The notes: generated by a model from the sequence alone, not told the origin. 64,000 nt of DNA from an uncultured Gammaproteobacteria bacterium (GCA_964500725.1 CAZCNP010000001.1:321520-385519), one strand, 5' to 3'; positions 1 through 10,344 are shown, numbered from the stretch's first letter. Made by a program: numbers and translations.

Positions 1-596
1 GCATCTAAAATGAAAGTACTAAACCTATCAAAATATATCTTAATACTCTCTACTATTAATAGGTACCTCAATAATTTAAATAATCCTCTGGCAAATCTTG
101 CCTGATAAATTATTAAGTATGTTAAAAGAAGAGTTGCAAAAAGTATTACTATAATAATCATGATAAACTTCATATTTAAAGTGGTAGGAACTACAAAAAA
201 CAACACTGCAGTTAATAACAAAACAACTAAAAAATCTACAAATCTATCCATAAATATCCAAATTACAGATTTACCTAAAGGCAGCTTATACTGAGTGTTC
301 AGATAAACCCCTTTTAATATCTCCCCAGCCCTGATAGGAATAAAAAAATTAAGTATCTGAGCAGCTCCGTTTAAAAAGATTAGATCTAACAGTTTAATTT
401 TAGTAATTTCTGTTAAAAAAACCTTTAACCTAACTGCCCTTATTAGCGGAGAAAGTAGCATAAATAAGAAAATAGGGACCAAATAAATTAAATTTACCTT
501 AGATAGATTAGAAATTATTTGGGGAATATCAACAAATCGGGACCAAATATAGATTAAAATAACACCTAAAACAGTGTTTAAAAGTATTTTGAGCAT
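1..596 (-). CDS. Partial multi-TM membrane protein running off the window start; UPF0104/flippase-like (lysylphosphatidylglycerol-synthase TM-region-like) family
   Basis: Open minus-strand frame from ATG (complement of cat at 594..596) to position 1 with no stop. It is absent from the ORF track because it has no stop inside the window. Translation MLKILLNTVLGVILIYIW...LLSPLIRAVRLKVFL...IPIRAGEILKG shows several hydrophobic helices and the LxxxRxxRL and GE motifs typical of this family. Confidence 0.45.
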   Translation of the reverse strand, partial: MLKILLNTVLGVILIYIWSRFVDIPQIISNLSKVNLIYLVPIFLFMLLSPLIRAVRLKVFLTEITKIKLLDLIFLNGAAQILNFFIPIRAGEILKGVYLNTQYKLPLGKSVIWIFMDRFVDFLVVLLLTAVLFFVVPTTLNMKFIMIIIVILFATLLLTYLIIYQARFARGLFKLLRYLLIVESIKIYFDRFSTFILD

Positions 597-644
597 AAGT
601 TATTGCCAACTCTCCTTATTAAATATACACTATTCATATAGATT

Positions 645-1538
645 ATGTTTTCTACTTTTAAACAAAGGTTAATTTTAGGAATTTATATTTTTATCCTACT
701 TTCTATTCCAGCAGGAGCTTTTCTGGTTTCCCAATACAGAACTACTGTCAAAAGCAGCGCTTTTGAACAAAAAGGTGTTAAACCTACCTTACAAATTCCC
801 CCAAAACCAGCAACCCCTTCAGCCAGACAATTACTAAATGCCTCACAACAAGCTGCTAACTCTACAGCTGGATCAACTACTGCTTCTTCTTCCGAGCCTT
901 CTCCTACCCCTGAAGGCTCATCCCCTACTATTGCCACCTCTTATGGCCCAACCTTATCCCTTAAAGTAGCCTTGGAAGGCAGAGCTGAAAATAATCAAAC
1001 TACTAAATTGTTTGTAGGTATTGCAGAAGGAGCTCTAACAGCTAACCCTAAATTTGTCTTAAGTTTTTCTGTGGATCTGCCTGCTTCAGGGCAATATTCT
1101 AATTTATCCTTGGCAGGGCTCACTGTAGGATCAAATTACACTGCTTTGGTAAAAGGAGCTGCTCAAATTGCCGGCTCTGCTGCCTTTACTATGGCTCCTA
1201 CAATTACAAACCTAAATGATGGCGTAGTGATTAATTTAACTTCAGGAGATTTAAATGAAGATAATGTCATAAACTCTACAGACTATACTATTGCCCAAAA
1301 AGCCATTGGCTCTACCTCAAAATCTGCAAATTGGAATGAGACTGCTGATATTAATAGAGATGGTATGGTAAATACTTTTGATTTAGGAATAATTTCTAAA
1401 AATATTGGCAAGACTGGGGATTCAGGAGCCTGGACTTCACCTATACCTAAAACCTCAACTCCTTCTGCAGGACTGGCTGCTCCTCCTATGGGTTCCCCTG
1501 ATGGCAGTGATGGCTACTGGCTCTGGCTACCCAAATAA
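645..1538 (+). CDS. Membrane-anchored/secreted protein with a C-terminal type-I dockerin-like domain
   Basis: N-terminal hydrophobic anchor (LILGIYIFILLSIPAGAFLV) and a P/S/T-rich linker. Two tandem Ca-binding dockerin repeats: DLNEDNVINSTDYTIAQKAIG and DINRDGMVNTFDLGIISKNIG (DxNxDGxVNxxD pattern). Confidence 0.55.
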   Translation: MFSTFKQRLILGIYIFILLSIPAGAFLVSQYRTTVKSSAFEQKGVKPTLQIPPKPATPSARQLLNASQQAANSTAGSTTASSSEPSPTPEGSSPTIATSYGPTLSLKVALEGRAENNQTTKLFVGIAEGALTANPKFVLSFSVDLPASGQYSNLSLAGLTVGSNYTALVKGAAQIAGSAAFTMAPTITNLNDGVVINLTSGDLNEDNVINSTDYTIAQKAIGSTSKSANWNETADINRDGMVNTFDLGIISKNIGKTGDSGAWTSPIPKTSTPSAGLAAPPMGSPDGSDGYWLWLPK

Positions 1539-1559
1539 TCCTCATAGATCCCATAGGAC

Positions 1560-1588
1560 TTGACATAGTGATTTATATATGCTATCAT
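1560..1588 (+). promoter_or_regulatory. Sigma70-like promoter TTGACA-N17-TATCAT upstream of the 1602 gene
   Basis: ttgaca at 1560..1565, 17-nt spacer, tatcat at 1583..1588; the start codon is 14 nt downstream. Confidence 0.4.
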
Positions 1589-1601
1589 ACACACTTGTAT
1601 T

Positions 1602-2420
1602 ATGAAAATTATAAGTCTTTCTAACATTAGCAAAAAAGTTTTAGCCCTTAGTTTTATTGGGTTATCTATCTTATCCCCTCTTAATATTCTAGCCGTCGAA
1701 CAACCAGTTTCTGCTCCAATTACTATTCCAGTGCCTGTCCCACAACCCTCAACTACTCCCATCCCATCTTCTACCCCGATACCTACACCTTCTGCAACTC
1801 CATCCGCTACCCCCTCAGCTACCCCTACTCCAGTACCAGCCGCACCAGAGATGGTTTATCCAAGAAATGGTCAGACCTTAGATTTAGAAGGAGCATATAT
1901 GTTCAAAGTAAAACCTGTAGCAGGAGCCCGTGGTTATTTATTTGGTTTATTCCAAAATGGACAAATGGTATATGAAAATTATAGAGATACTAGACAATTA
2001 AATCCTAATGGAGAATTTGTCCTTACACAATCCAACCCTGCTCATGCCAAGTTTCATGCTGGTAACATGACACTTATGGTTAGAGCTCAAGTTAATGGCA
2101 AATGGACTGATGCACGCACAATTACTGTAACTTTAAAGCAACGGATTTTCTTACCTCAAATTACTACAACTTGGCCTGCTACACTAAAAGAAGGCAGATT
2201 CTTCGTCCTCACAGGTAACAATTTTGGCAATTCAGGCGGAGTCAAATTATACAAAAGCGGAGTTGCTTATAATGCTACAGTTTATTATTGGTCAAACAAT
2301 ACGATCTTTGCTGCTATCCCAGCTAACTTCTCTACGTACAGAACATACAACGTTGGCATACAAGTTAACACCCCAAATAACAAACAAAGTCCTATTGTAT
2401 ATCGCTCTGTAAGTAAATAA
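1602..2420 (+). CDS. Secreted hypothetical protein: signal peptide, Pro/Thr-rich linker, C-terminal beta-rich (IPT/TIG-like) domain
   Basis: Signal peptide MKIISLSNISKKVLALSFIGLSILSPLNILA; PT-rich repeats TPIPSSTPIPTPSATPSATPSATPTP; C-terminal FFVLTGNNFGNSGGVKLYKSG... Confidence 0.5.
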   Translation: MKIISLSNISKKVLALSFIGLSILSPLNILAVEQPVSAPITIPVPVPQPSTTPIPSSTPIPTPSATPSATPSATPTPVPAAPEMVYPRNGQTLDLEGAYMFKVKPVAGARGYLFGLFQNGQMVYENYRDTRQLNPNGEFVLTQSNPAHAKFHAGNMTLMVRAQVNGKWTDARTITVTLKQRIFLPQITTTWPATLKEGRFFVLTGNNFGNSGGVKLYKSGVAYNATVYYWSNNTIFAAIPANFSTYRTYNVGIQVNTPNNKQSPIVYRSVSK

Positions 2421-2438
2421 TTGCTATAGTTAGTATCT

Positions 2439-3911
2439 ATGGCTTCTCTGTCCCGGACCAGTTGGTTGTTTGTATTTCTGGTTTTTGCCCTTCCTTTAGT
2501 TTTTTTCCCTTATACTTACCTTGCTTTTGAAATGCCAAAAGTCTTTTTATTGTATCTTTTTACAGTTTCCACCCCTTTTCTTTTACTCAAGTCAGGCTAC
2601 AGATTAGGCAATTTTAGTAAAGTTTACTTACTGTATTTGGTGTTCTTTGCTTGGATTATCTTGACCGCTGCCTTGGGCTTATCTTTTGGGCAAAGTTTTT
2701 TAGGCAGCTATTTTAGGTGGCAGGGAATAATAACCTGGATATGTTACTTTGTGTTATTTTTTATATCTGCCAAGTTATTTGAAAACCCTCATTTTAAAAA
2801 ATACACCTGTTACGCTATTTTAATAGCTAGCACTGTTACCGCACTGTTGGCTATCACTCAATTTGCTCTTTATTGGTTTGATGGGAATACCACCCAACTA
2901 CTATATAACCGCAGAGTAATATCCACCTTTGGCCAGCCTAACTTTTTAGGAGCCTACTTGGTCATGTCGCTTCCATTTACCTGGCTTTTACTCAAACAGG
3001 CCAACCTAAAGCAAAAGGGGTTAATAGGCTTGGGGCTAATTATTATAATTTTAGGCATCCTTTCTACTACCTCAAGAAGTGCTTATTTAGGCTTGATCTT
3101 TCTAGCTTTAATTTGGGGAATTTTTCATTACCGTCTGCTTCTTGCAGGCATTATTGCCTCAATAATACTTCTTACTATCTTAGCAAATCTTTTTCCTTTA
3201 CTAGTGTTCAATGAGTGGTATAGATTTAAGATTGATACTACCTCAAAATGGACAGCTGAAAACAGGCTCCTTATAGCCCAGAGATCAGTTCAATTAGTTC
3301 TACAAAAACCCCTTACTGGGTATGGTTTGGAGAATTTCTCCTTAGCCTTCCCTGCTGTTGTTAACAGTCAAGATTTAGGCTTGAAAGATATTGTGGTTGA
3401 TTCTTCTCATAACCTATTTTTGGACTTAGCAGTCCAATTAGGCCTGGTAGGATTAGGGCTATTTCTTGCTTCTGTCTCCTCTGCTTTAATAACTGGCTTA
3501 AAACGCCTCAAATCGGCAGATATAGAGTCTCAGCAACTTATCAAAGCAGCTATATGTGTAGTCATCACCTTCTTGAGCATGCACCAATTTTCTGTTGTTT
3601 CAGTTGTGCCAATGGTACTTTTTTGGGTCTCCTTAGGAATCATCACCGGACCAGCTTTAGCTTATCATGCAATCTCCAAATTAAGTAGAAATATTATAAG
3701 CCTTGCTGGGATCAGTTCCATAATAATTATATCTCTCCTTATTATTCAAACAATTAGGGCAGATATTTTATTTCGGGAAGCCAGTGCTTATGAAGTATCT
3801 GATATACATAGATCTATTAAGCTAGATAATGATGCAATTAAAATAGCCCCATGGATCTATTTTTATCAAGTTAGAAGAGATTTCCTCCTCAAGCAACTCG
3901 GGTATAATTAG
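2439..3911 (+). CDS. O-antigen ligase (Wzy_C)-like polytopic membrane protein, possible O-oligosaccharyltransferase/polymerase
   Basis: At least 10 predicted TM helices; central motif STTSRSAYLGLIFLALIW...H with a large periplasmic loop, as in the WaaL/PglL/Wzy_C family. Confidence 0.5.
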   Translation: MASLSRTSWLFVFLVFALPLVFFPYTYLAFEMPKVFLLYLFTVSTPFLLLKSGYRLGNFSKVYLLYLVFFAWIILTAALGLSFGQSFLGSYFRWQGIITWICYFVLFFISAKLFENPHFKKYTCYAILIASTVTALLAITQFALYWFDGNTTQLLYNRRVISTFGQPNFLGAYLVMSLPFTWLLLKQANLKQKGLIGLGLIIIILGILSTTSRSAYLGLIFLALIWGIFHYRLLLAGIIASIILLTILANLFPLLVFNEWYRFKIDTTSKWTAENRLLIAQRSVQLVLQKPLTGYGLENFSLAFPAVVNSQDLGLKDIVVDSSHNLFLDLAVQLGLVGLGLFLASVSSALITGLKRLKSADIESQQLIKAAICVVITFLSMHQFSVVSVVPMVLFWVSLGIITGPALAYHAISKLSRNIISLAGISSIIIISLLIIQTIRADILFREASAYEVSDIHRSIKLDNDAIKIAPWIYFYQVRRDFLLKQLGYN

Positions 3912-3936
3912 CCATCACCTTCAATTTACTTATAAC

Positions 3937-4683
3937 TTGCGTTATAGTCACTCTGTTCCTGTAAGTTTGACTTATAGGCCTAAATATAGTATAATAGTCC
4001 CTCCTATTTTTGTATTTTACTATAGGAAATATATGGCTATTAATCAAATAGAACTAGGCTCAGCTGCAATTGCGCATATGATAACCATGGCTTCTGGTGA
4101 AGCAATAGGGGTAGCTGCTGCATTAACTCATGAAAAAAGACCCTTATCAGCCGAGGAAAGACTTCGATTGCTTGGGTTCACCCTACCTGAAACAATAGAA
4201 CAAGGACATAACGGACTTAAAGGCCATCTGCAAATCGCAGGTAAACTTATGCAAAGAAATGGCAACGTAAAAGGATACTGGCATACATGCTGGCTAAACG
4301 AAGCTGTTGACATAAACCAAAAAGCAATCATACCCATAAGAAACCTAATCATAGATGGTCATTTTGACAGCAATCCACAAGCGGGAATAAATGCCATGCT
4401 TGCTTTAAACCCTGAACTTATTGGTCGCGCAAGAGCAATTGCCATGGGTATTCACAAAAAACTCCTTCCTAAGCCCCTTTTAGAAAATATTTCCCAAATT
4501 GTGCCAAATACTCAGAGATTACTTGATCTTGGTATCGAAAATTATGAGCAACTTCTTGTTTTAGATCAAACTTTAAGACTTCCACCAAACTATCCAATAG
4601 ATATTTACCATGGCTATAACGGAGATCCTATTCTGCTTATTGCAAAAAAACACCTCCCGGAAAACATGAAGCAAGCAGCCTAA
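3937..4683 (+). CDS. Hypothetical protein; likely true start at MAINQIELG (about 4033)
   Basis: ORF-track translation. The first 32 codons are hydrophobic and low-complexity and overlap the upstream gene's terminator region. No recognisable motif. Confidence 0.3.
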   Translation: MRYSHSVPVSLTYRPKYSIIVPPIFVFYYRKYMAINQIELGSAAIAHMITMASGEAIGVAAALTHEKRPLSAEERLRLLGFTLPETIEQGHNGLKGHLQIAGKLMQRNGNVKGYWHTCWLNEAVDINQKAIIPIRNLIIDGHFDSNPQAGINAMLALNPELIGRARAIAMGIHKKLLPKPLLENISQIVPNTQRLLDLGIENYEQLLVLDQTLRLPPNYPIDIYHGYNGDPILLIAKKHLPENMKQAA

Positions 4684-4827
4684 AGCTTTAATTCCTCTTA
4701 CCTTAACTTATGCCGAAACTAAAAGACAGATAACCTCAGTTTAATCCTGCCAGGCTTTTCTGATATCTTGACAAGGTATATTATTTTAACTCATACTAGA
4801 ATTAGCAGATAGCAGACGGGCAATTTA

Positions 4828-7800
4828 ATGGTTAGCCCTAAAAAAACCTTTTTGGCTGTTGTAAGTCTTTTATTGGTTGTTATTTCTGTATTTCCTCAAC
4901 CTCTTTTTGCCTCCCAAAAACAATATTTTGACTATGGCCCTTACTATTCTACCTCTCAAGTCTTAGGTTTTTCCTTCTCCTCTTTAGAAAACCTGCCTGC
5001 TTTAAAAGTTCCTGATAATTTAATACCAGCAAAAGCCAGCGGTGTTTTGCCAGACAGTCCTTTTTATTTTTTTGAGAAAGTTGCTGAAAATACCCAACTA
5101 ACATTTACCTTTGATCCAGTTAAAAAAGAACAATTAAGAGTAAGTTTTGCTGCCGAAAGATTAACTGAAGCTAAAACTCTGATGGACCAAGGTAAAACAG
5201 GTCCAGCTTCCCAAGCTTTAAATGATTACAGCAGGACTTTAGATACACTTGCTCAAAACCTGCCAGCAATTGCCCAAAGAAATGATCCAGCCTCTCAGCA
5301 GTTACTGACTCAGGTAGAAAAAGTTACTGCTGATCAAGCGGTGGCAGCTACTGCCTTAAGTTTGACTTCCTCCCCTGCTCAAGCTGAAAACTGGACTGAG
5401 GCCCAAAATACTGCCAGGCAGGTCTTGGATAAAATTACTGAAAGCAAAGGCGAGAGCGCTATTCCACAAGATTTATCAACAAGCCTTCAGCAACTCAAAG
5501 AGCAGGGTTTAATCTCAGAAGAAGAAAGCGGTAAAATATACAGCTTAAAAAACCGCGGCGAGGTCCGGGAAGAATTAAACAAGTTAGCTTCCTCAGGAGG
5601 CATTCCTCCTTCAGAACTCCTTAAGCTAGATACATCTGTAGCTAAATACTACCCAGATGTTCAAAAACAGGAAATTGCTAATTGGCAGATAGTAGAACTT
5701 AGAAGTTATCAATCTTTACCACAACCTACTGAAGAAATTATAGAGCAGCTGGAAAAATGGCAAAATCAATCAAATATCCCCCCATCAAATGATATCAAAC
5801 CATATCTTTGGTATACTAGAGCTTCTGATTTAGCTCAAAAAGTAGACTTATCAAACTTTACCTCTGAGCAGCAAACTGAAGCAGTCAAGTCTTACCCTGC
5901 TATTGCTGCCAACCCTACCTATTCACCTCCTCCCAGCCCTACACCCACTCCTTCTCCTTCACCAGCAGCTGATAATACATCTCCAGTGCCTTCAGCCACA
6001 CCTTTATCCTCAGCTCCCCCAGCATCTCCGCCTCCTGTCCCGGTTGAACCATATTTGGAAGAAACCGTTGGAGCTTTGCCTGGCCAACCTACCTATATAT
6101 TAAAGCAGCTAGGTGAAGGTTTCAGTCTAGCTTTCACTTTTGATCCTGCTGAAAAAGCCAGGCTGCAAATGCAAGTGGCTGAACGCCGTCTAGCTGAAGC
6201 TGAAGCACTCTCCAGCGATCCTAAAAAAGCTAGTCTTTATGAGGCTACCCTGAAAAATTATCAACAGGCAGTAAATACTGCCTCAACTTTTGTTAAAGAA
6301 TTGAAGGATCCCAAAATTGCCAAACAGGCAGCAGAAAGGCTGGAATCCCAGTCTGCCAGGCATGAGGTAGTTTTTGAAAAAGGACTCCTGCCTGCCCCGG
6401 CTGAAAATCCCAATCTAATTTCAGATGTTATTAATGCTGCTGAAGATGCCATGGACAGAAGCGCTGATGTTTTGGATCGTCCTGCCTTGCCGCCGCAACT
6501 TGCATCCAGATTAGGCGATCTGAAAGCTCAGGGGTTGATTTTAGAAGAAGAAGCTGCAGATTTAGTCAAATCTGCTACTAGAGAAGAAGCGCGCAGTAAA
6601 ATCAGAAAACTGTTAGAAGCCCAAACTTTTCCTCTGGCTGATGCTAAAAAGCTGGATGAGGCCCAAAGTTTTGTCAACTCAACTGACTACAATCAACTAG
6701 TAGAGGTTAGAAAAGTTGAGGAACTGCAAAACTTAAGATCAGTACAAACAGATCTGGCCCAAACTCCCACACTCAAATCTCAAGCTACCAACTTAGCCCA
6801 AAAAGAAGCAGTTTTAACTAGCTCTTTTGATCCTGCCCTTATCAATAAAGAAGATCTGGCTGGCAAAGAGAACTTAGTTAAAACTTATGAAAAACTCTCA
6901 TCAATCCCCCGTCCGATTAACGGCGGACAGTTTGGGTCCGAGGCTACTCCAGGGGCCAAACCCGCAGCTACCCCCTTACCCCAAGATGCAGTTTTAACAG
7001 CTTGCCCTGAAGGTGCTGTTTTCAAGCAATATGAAGGCTGTGTGTGGGCTGACAGCGGTAAAAAGCTCAACGACTATGATCAGTACAAATGCGAAGGCCC
7101 CAGGCAGTATTATTCTTTTGCTGTAAGAAAATGTGTGGCTTATGATTCCTCTCAAGGCTATCAACAAGATGCCCAGCCTGTTTGTCCTGTAGGTTATCAA
7201 TGGAGTTGGCAAAATCAAAGCTGTCAAACTTCAACTGGAGGTATTTTACCTTGGCCCAGCCCTTCAGCCCAACCAGAACCTAAAGACGAAAAAGAAATAG
7301 AAGAAAGATCAAAAAGCTGTCCTGAAGGCTCTTCCTACAAACCTCCCCAGGGCTGTGTTTGGGATGATGATGGCAAATCAGTTTATGATTCTGAGCAGTA
7401 TCGCTGCAACGGACGTGGTCAATATTACTCTTTTGAACAAGGAAAATGTGTAGCTGCTCCTAAAGAGGGAGAGCCATATCCCAAAGATACCTCCCCTGCT
7501 TGTAAAGAACCTGACACTTATTGGAATTGGTCCCAAGGCAAATGTGTTAAAACTGTTGAGGCAGTCGCCGCTACTCCGCAAGCTATTAATATTGATGAAG
7601 TTAGGCCAAATTTTGCCACCCCTGGTAATCCTTTCTATTTCCTAAAACAAGCTGCTGAAAGAGTGCAAGAATTTACCGCCTTTACTCCTGAGGCTAGAGA
7701 ACAAGTCCGCGCATCTCAAGCCAAAGAAAGACTGGCTGAGGCTATTGATGCTTCAAAAAGAGAAGATGAAACAGGGATTAAAAATGCTTTATCCGCCTAT

Positions 7801-10344
7801 ACCTCTACCATGCAGAATCTGGTAAGCGATCTGTCTAAAGCTCAACTTTCTGATACTGCCAAAAATCAAATCAGCAAAAATTTAGCCCAAAGCTCTGTTG
7901 AACAAAACCTCCTGTTGCAAAAACTCCAAGCTTTGGCGGGAGCCGAACAAGATACTCCTATCAGCGCTGCAGTTTCAGCCACTATCTTAGGTGTAGATAA
8001 AGCAGCAGATATTGGCGGTGAGCCTCCTATTCCTGCTGATGTAAAAGAAAAAATTGAAGCCTTGCCAGAGAAAATGATCTCTGATGGTGACAAGAAAAAA
8101 CTTTTGGAGATGAAATCCCGGGTAGAAGCCAGACTCACTTTAGGAGGCTTGATAGCAAATGGCGCTTTAACACAAACTGATACTAATTTTCTAAATGAAG
8201 ATTTTGACAAGGTAGACCAAAATACCAAGATTAAGGTAGAAGAACTCAAAAAACTAGAAGAGATTGCAACTGCAACTGAAAGCAAGGATAAACTTGATGA
8301 AAAAATCAAAAAAAATGAAGATGTGGCCCAAAAATTACAAGAATTTGAAAAAACTTTTGAAGTTGGCCAGGAAGTTCCTGTGGAGATTAGACCTTATGTT
8401 AGACTCACCAGAATCAATGAGGTAACCCAGACTATCAGGCCTGACCTAGTCAGACTTAATGAGTTCCAAAACCGCAAAGATATACAGCTGGCTGTGGCTA
8501 CTTTACAAGAAGAGTTTAAACCAACAGCTGAAAACTTTGGAAAGATTGAAGAATTCCGAAGAAGAAACCCCTCCTCGCCTCTTCCTCCAGATCTAGCCAG
8601 GGTCGAGGCTCTATCTTACAATTTAGGAGTAAGGAGGGAAGCAGGACCATGTTTTCTACCCACTCCACCTTTTGCACCAAACACTCCTTGTCCAGCAGCT
8701 GGAGCAGCTATCCCTGTTACTTCATACTATAGCTTCGTCACGCTCTATGCACCAGAGGATCCAGGTTCTCTCAACCCTTCCATACCCTCCACTGACAAAG
8801 ATGGCAAACCTTTAGTTTACGGACAAGGGCCAAAACCCGCAAGTCCTGGAGTTTGTCCATCAGACTCTCATTGGATGTATGACAGCGGAGGCTGGTGTAT
8901 GTCCAACAGCGGCAACTATAGTTCATCTTACTCTTACACACCAACTGGCACTGGCGCAGGTTATACTCCTTACAGCTCTTATTACACTGCCCCAGGAGCG
9001 CCTCCAGCAACCTACGGCTATCCTGCAGCAGGAGGTAATTACAACTACTCTTCCTACAGCCCGCCAAGTTATTACGGCACTGCTCCCACTTATTACACCA
9101 CTAACCCTCCTGCTGGTACTGTGCCTGGTTCAGGACCAAAACCTACCTCACCTGGTCAATGTCCATCAGGGTACCATTGGATGAGTGATAGTGGTGGCTG
9201 GTGTATGGCTGATGGACCAACCTATGTACCAAGTGGTTCTTACCAAAGCTCTTATCCTGCAGGCGCTACCACCAGTGAAACTCCACCCTCAGGAGGCTAT
9301 AATTGTGGCAGCCAGCCATATGATCCTGTCACCAAAAGATGTAAAGACGGAGCTTGTCCAGGAGGATTTAATTGGGATGGTAGCAAATGTGTAGCAAGTA
9401 GTCCTTATTATTCCCCTAATTTAACTCAGTCAAGCTGCGGTCCTGGATATTACTGGGATGGTAGAGGTTGTATTCCCACCTATTCCGGAGGAAACAGCAA
9501 CGGAGGAAGTTACTCTAGCAGCGGAGGCGGGTATTCTCCCGGCTCATACCAGTATGGCTGTACTCCAGGATATTATTGGGATGGTAGTAAATGTGTGGCA
9601 GGCAGCAATGAAGGCTCAGGCTGGTCAGATACTGCTGCCCGATCCCAATCCTGGTGTCAACCTCCCTCAAACGGCTGTGGCTCTAACTCTTATTGGGATT
9701 ATGGCAGCTGTTATTGCCGAAGCTCAAGCACTTATTCTGGAGGTAGCGGTCCCTCACCCAGCAATCAATGTCAAGGTCTAAGCTGCGGTGGAGGTGCATG
9801 GTTAGATTACTCAACCTGTAGTTGTAAGTATTCAGGTGGTTCTGGAACTAGTTCTACAGGATCTACCATCACTTGTTATCCTCCTTCTGCAGGTTGTCCA
9901 GGCGGCTGGTATGACTATAGCAGTTGCAGCTGTAAAACCAGCTCCTATAGCACAGGTTCATCAGGCGGGACTTCTGGTGGATCATCTTCAGGCTCTTGCC
10001 CCTCAGGCTCTCATTGGATGAGTGAGAATGGCGGTTACTGTATGTCTGATGCTGAAAGAGATGCTGCTTCCACCGGCGGTTCTTCCGGCGGATCATCCTC
10101 TTCCGGCTCCTGTCCTTCAGGCTACCATTGGATGGATAACAGCTGGTGTATGCAAGATGGCAGCGGTAGCACCTCTACACCCGCACCTACTAGTACCAAC
10201 TCTACACCTACTCCAACCTCTCAACCTGAACAGCAACAGCAAACACCCCAACCTACTTCCCAACCTGAGCAACAGCAACAATCCACCCCCCAACCTGAGC
10301 AACAGCAGTCTACTCCTCAACCTGCATCCTCTCCTTCATCATAA
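4828..10344 (+). CDS. Large secreted protein (1,838 aa): signal peptide, three DUF5667-like helical domains, novel Cys-rich repeat modules, Y/S/G-rich low-complexity region, C-terminal Q/P/T repeats
   Basis: Signal peptide LAVVSLLLVVISVFPQPLFA. Three copies of the FYF[FL]K...F.F.P...LAE helical module (DUF5667-like) at aa ~75, ~430, ~940. Four copies of CPSG[YS]HWM..GGWCM, three of C.PGYYWDG..C, paired CPEG...GCVW...Y.C...QYYSF..KCVA modules. YS-rich stretch SSYSYTPTGTGAGYTPYSSYYTAPG.... Terminal TPQPTSQPEQQQQ x3. Confidence 0.7.
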   Translation: MVSPKKTFLAVVSLLLVVISVFPQPLFASQKQYFDYGPYYSTSQVLGFSFSSLENLPALKVPDNLIPAKASGVLPDSPFYFFEKVAENTQLTFTFDPVKKEQLRVSFAAERLTEAKTLMDQGKTGPASQALNDYSRTLDTLAQNLPAIAQRNDPASQQLLTQVEKVTADQAVAATALSLTSSPAQAENWTEAQNTARQVLDKITESKGESAIPQDLSTSLQQLKEQGLISEEESGKIYSLKNRGEVREELNKLASSGGIPPSELLKLDTSVAKYYPDVQKQEIANWQIVELRSYQSLPQPTEEIIEQLEKWQNQSNIPPSNDIKPYLWYTRASDLAQKVDLSNFTSEQQTEAVKSYPAIAANPTYSPPPSPTPTPSPSPAADNTSPVPSATPLSSAPPASPPPVPVEPYLEETVGALPGQPTYILKQLGEGFSLAFTFDPAEKARLQMQVAERRLAEAEALSSDPKKASLYEATLKNYQQAVNTASTFVKELKDPKIAKQAAERLESQSARHEVVFEKGLLPAPAENPNLISDVINAAEDAMDRSADVLDRPALPPQLASRLGDLKAQGLILEEEAADLVKSATREEARSKIRKLLEAQTFPLADAKKLDEAQSFVNSTDYNQLVEVRKVEELQNLRSVQTDLAQTPTLKSQATNLAQKEAVLTSSFDPALINKEDLAGKENLVKTYEKLSSIPRPINGGQFGSEATPGAKPAATPLPQDAVLTACPEGAVFKQYEGCVWADSGKKLNDYDQYKCEGPRQYYSFAVRKCVAYDSSQGYQQDAQPVCPVGYQWSWQNQSCQTSTGGILPWPSPSAQPEPKDEKEIEERSKSCPEGSSYKPPQGCVWDDDGKSVYDSEQYRCNGRGQYYSFEQGKCVAAPKEGEPYPKDTSPACKEPDTYWNWSQGKCVKTVEAVAATPQAINIDEVRPNFATPGNPFYFLKQAAERVQEFTAFTPEAREQVRASQAKERLAEAIDASKREDETGIKNALSAYTSTMQNLVSDLSKAQLSDTAKNQISKNLAQSSVEQNLLLQKLQALAGAEQDTPISAAVSATILGVDKAADIGGEPPIPADVKEKIEALPEKMISDGDKKKLLEMKSRVEARLTLGGLIANGALTQTDTNFLNEDFDKVDQNTKIKVEELKKLEEIATATESKDKLDEKIKKNEDVAQKLQEFEKTFEVGQEVPVEIRPYVRLTRINEVTQTIRPDLVRLNEFQNRKDIQLAVATLQEEFKPTAENFGKIEEFRRRNPSSPLPPDLARVEALSYNLGVRREAGPCFLPTPPFAPNTPCPAAGAAIPVTSYYSFVTLYAPEDPGSLNPSIPSTDKDGKPLVYGQGPKPASPGVCPSDSHWMYDSGGWCMSNSGNYSSSYSYTPTGTGAGYTPYSSYYTAPGAPPATYGYPAAGGNYNYSSYSPPSYYGTAPTYYTTNPPAGTVPGSGPKPTSPGQCPSGYHWMSDSGGWCMADGPTYVPSGSYQSSYPAGATTSETPPSGGYNCGSQPYDPVTKRCKDGACPGGFNWDGSKCVASSPYYSPNLTQSSCGPGYYWDGRGCIPTYSGGNSNGGSYSSSGGGYSPGSYQYGCTPGYYWDGSKCVAGSNEGSGWSDTAARSQSWCQPPSNGCGSNSYWDYGSCYCRSSSTYSGGSGPSPSNQCQGLSCGGGAWLDYSTCSCKYSGGSGTSSTGSTITCYPPSAGCPGGWYDYSSCSCKTSSYSTGSSGGTSGGSSSGSCPSGSHWMSENGGYCMSDAERDAASTGGSSGGSSSSGSCPSGYHWMDNSWCMQDGSGSTSTPAPTSTNSTPTPTSQPEQQQQTPQPTSQPEQQQQSTPQPEQQQSTPQPASSPSS

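Noticed and set aside
6261-10320. Multiple 60-110-aa ORFs on both strands inside the 4828..10344 gene
   Set aside because: All are embedded in a long, motif-rich plus-strand frame with a signal peptide; they are alternative-frame artefacts.
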